Part shown: positions 60,280-62,692 of the stretch, in pieces
Position numbering within the stretch: position 1 is the stretch's first letter
How the letters are laid out: every line of letters starts with the position of its first letter
Source: Nemertoderma westbladi
Taxonomy: Eukaryota; Animalia; Xenacoelomorpha
NCBI GenBank assembly: GCA_032718475.1
Contig: JAUCBJ010008127.1
Span: forward strand, 1 to 62,692
Direction: 5' to 3'
Length of the DNA: 62,692 bases
Notes under the pieces: generated by a model
The model's input: only the letters and a program-made list of their open reading frames with translations
Told to the model about the DNA's origin: nothing
Databases searched by the model: none
Program-made: the position numbers and the translations under genes

Positions 60280-61553
60280 ATATTATATATTTATATTATA
60301 TATTAATTTATTTATTGATCCTTAAAACCAGAGAATTTATGATAAAAAATTGCACTGGGCATTCAATGTATACACACTAAATGATTATTTGGAACAATAG
60401 CGTCAGTGTACAGGAGCAACTATGTTACTCCTATGTATGTAATACCGGAAATAAGACATGTACAGTAGATATAATAAATAAATACAAAAAATTTAGTTGA
60501 GCACAAATATTACTACCCCCCCCACCCCCGCTGAACCATGCAGAAACCTTGGTTTCGTTATGGAGCAGTTACCCCCCCCCCCCCCCCCCCCCCCCTCCCT
60601 CTGGCAGACAATAAAGAGCCTCCAGCTAAGTTACTTCTTCTCGACTGTATTTACTTAGAAATATATTTTTTAAATGTCGTTTAAAAGTTGCAAGGTTTGG
60701 TGACTTGATTACATCGATATGGAGCGAATTCCATAATTTTACCGATTTCACAATTATACTATCCTGACCAAACCTATTTTTAGATTTTGGAATAACGATA
60801 TTCCCAGTTCGTGGATTTAACCTAATATTGTTTTTTGCTAAAAACGGCAGATCCAAAGTTTTAAAAGCTTCTGTAAGCTTATGCATATATTTGTAAAAGT
60901 ATATAAGCGCATAATATTCTCGAACTGCAGAGAGTAACGGAATTTCGCCTTTCTGCCTCAACTCCGTTCCACTGCTGTCGGTAATTTTCTTCCCGAAAAT
61001 AGTGCGTAATGCGTAATTTTGTACCTTTTCAAATTTATAAAGCAGTTCCTTTGAACCATGTTTGTCATGGAGAGACACAAGCAGCTGACAACAATAATTA
61101 TGATAGGGCATAGTAAGCGTTTTATATAATTGCAATTTAGTTTTATTGGGCAATTGACCCTTTATTATTCGTAAACAAGAAATGGTAAGAGTCTTTTTTT
61201 GGATCATTTTCCCTATGTAATCTTTCCAATTTAGCTCGTTATCAATGTTCACTCCCAGATATTTTACTGATGGAGATTGTGGAATAGGTTCAGGGCAGCC
61301 TACATTTAATTTTATGGATGAGAAGTCAGCTCTATTTTCTGGGCTGATTTGCTTGCTTCGGAGATAAAAGGAGAAATTCCGTTTTGTCTGGGTTCAGTTT
61401 CAAATGAGAATCATTAAATATTTTTTGAATTTTCTGAACATTCGACTCTAACAATTTTGTAGCTTGTTCTGGATCTGAGTCAGCCACATAAATAACTGTA
61501 TCATCAGCATACTGTATAATTGAAACATTTGTCAGTTGTTCTGGAATGTTATT
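60280..61553 (-). mobile_element. 5'-truncated L2/CR1-group LINE, 3' end facing the centromere
   Basis: QYADDTVIY, LN.DKT, KYLG, L.W..., KLWNSL...FK..LK; AATAAA and AT-rich tail at about 60280-60315. Confidence 0.88.
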
Positions 61554-62692
61554 GGGTTAGGGTTAGGGTTAGGGTTAGGGTTAGGGTTAGGGTTAGGGTT
61601 AGGGTTAGGGTTAGGGTTAGGGTTAGGGTTAGGGTTAGGGTTAGGGTTAGGGTTAGGGTTAGGGTTAGGGTTAGGGTTAGGGTTAGGGTTAGGGTTAGGG
61701 TTAGGGTTAGGGTTAGGGTTAGGGTTAGGGTTAGGGTTAGGGTTAGGGTTAGGGTTAGGGTTAGGGTTAGGGTTAGGGTTAGGGTTAGGGTTAGGGTTAG
61801 GGTTAGGGTTAGGGTTAGGGTTAGGGTTAGGGTTAGGGTTAGGGTTAGGGTTAGGGTTAGGGTTAGGGTTAGGGTTAGGGTTAGGGTTAGGGTTAGGGTT
61901 AGGGTTAGGGTTAGGGTTAGGGTTAGGGTTAGGGTTAGGGTTAGGGTTAGGGTTAGGGTTAGGGTTAGGGTTAGGGTTAGGGTTAGGGTTAGGGTTAGGG
62001 TTAGGGTTAGGGTTAGGGTTAGGGTTAGGGTTAGGGTTAGGGTTAGGGTTAGGGTTAGGGTTAGGGTTAGGGTTAGGGTTAGGGTTAGGGTTAGGGTTAG
62101 GGTTAGGGTTAGGGTTAGGGTTAGGGTTAGGGTTAGGGTTAGGGTTAGGGTTAGGGTTAGGGTTAGGGTTAGGGTTAGGGTTAGGGTTAGGGTTAGGGTT
62201 AGGGTTAGGGTTAGGGTTAGGGTTAGGGTTAGGGTTAGGGTTAGGGTTAGGGTTAGGGTTAGGGTTAGGGTTAGGGTTAGGGTTAGGGTTAGGGTTAGGG
62301 TTAGGGTTAGGGTTAGGGTTAGGGTTAGGGTTAGGGTTAGGGTTAGGGTTAGGGTTAGGGTTAGGGTTAGGGTTAGGGTTAGGGTTAGGGTTAGGGTTAG
62401 GGTTAGGGTTAGGGTTAGGGTTAGGGTTAGGGTTAGGGTTAGGGTTAGGGTTAGGGTTAGGGTTAGGGTTAGGGTTAGGGTTAGGGTTAGGGTTAGGGTT
62501 AGGGTTAGGGTTAGGGTTAGGGTTAGGGTTAGGGTTAGGGTTAGGGTTAGGGTTAGGGTTAGGGTTAGGGTTAGGGTTAGGGTTAGGGTTAGGGTTAGGG
62601 TTAGGGTTAGGGTTAGGGTTAGGGTTAGGGTTAGGGTTAGGGTTAGGGTTAGGGTTAGGGTTAGGGTTAGGGTTAGGGTTAGGGTTAGGGTT
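61554..62692 (+). repeat. Telomeric repeat (TTAGGG)n, ~189 units
   Basis: Homogeneous array with the G-rich strand running 5'-3' to the end of the window. Confidence 0.99.

Overview
Eukaryotic (metazoan-type) right chromosome end. About 61.5 kb of subtelomere made almost entirely of stacked transposable elements, capped by ~1.1 kb of (TTAGGG)n. No host gene is recognisable. Most of the window is BEL/Pao LTR retrotransposon from about five families. One family occurs as a helper-type 3' half with RNase H/integrase (6751-15064), a complete non-autonomous copy B (26887-39374, ~1.2 kb LTRs, CAGAG TSD) nested in the LTR of a relative A (26713-53124), and A itself, which is rearranged. The rest is LINE fragments, foldback/MITE DNA elements and minisatellites. 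The most unusual signals are: (1) these BEL elements lack a tRNA-type PBS and have a 10-12 nt LTR-adjacent sequence complementary to a site inside their own LTR, with a compensatory change between subfamilies (Tf1-like self-priming hypothesis); (2) a multi-ORF accessory cassette between pol and the 3' LTR, including a zinc-knuckle protein with a basic tail; (3) a fixed A-to-G hypermutated tract ending at a template-switch-like junction; (4) a 5'-truncated LINE joined to a broken BEL RT and directly capped by telomere repeats. All analysis was by eye; superfamily calls rest on motifs, termini and TSDs, not database searches.
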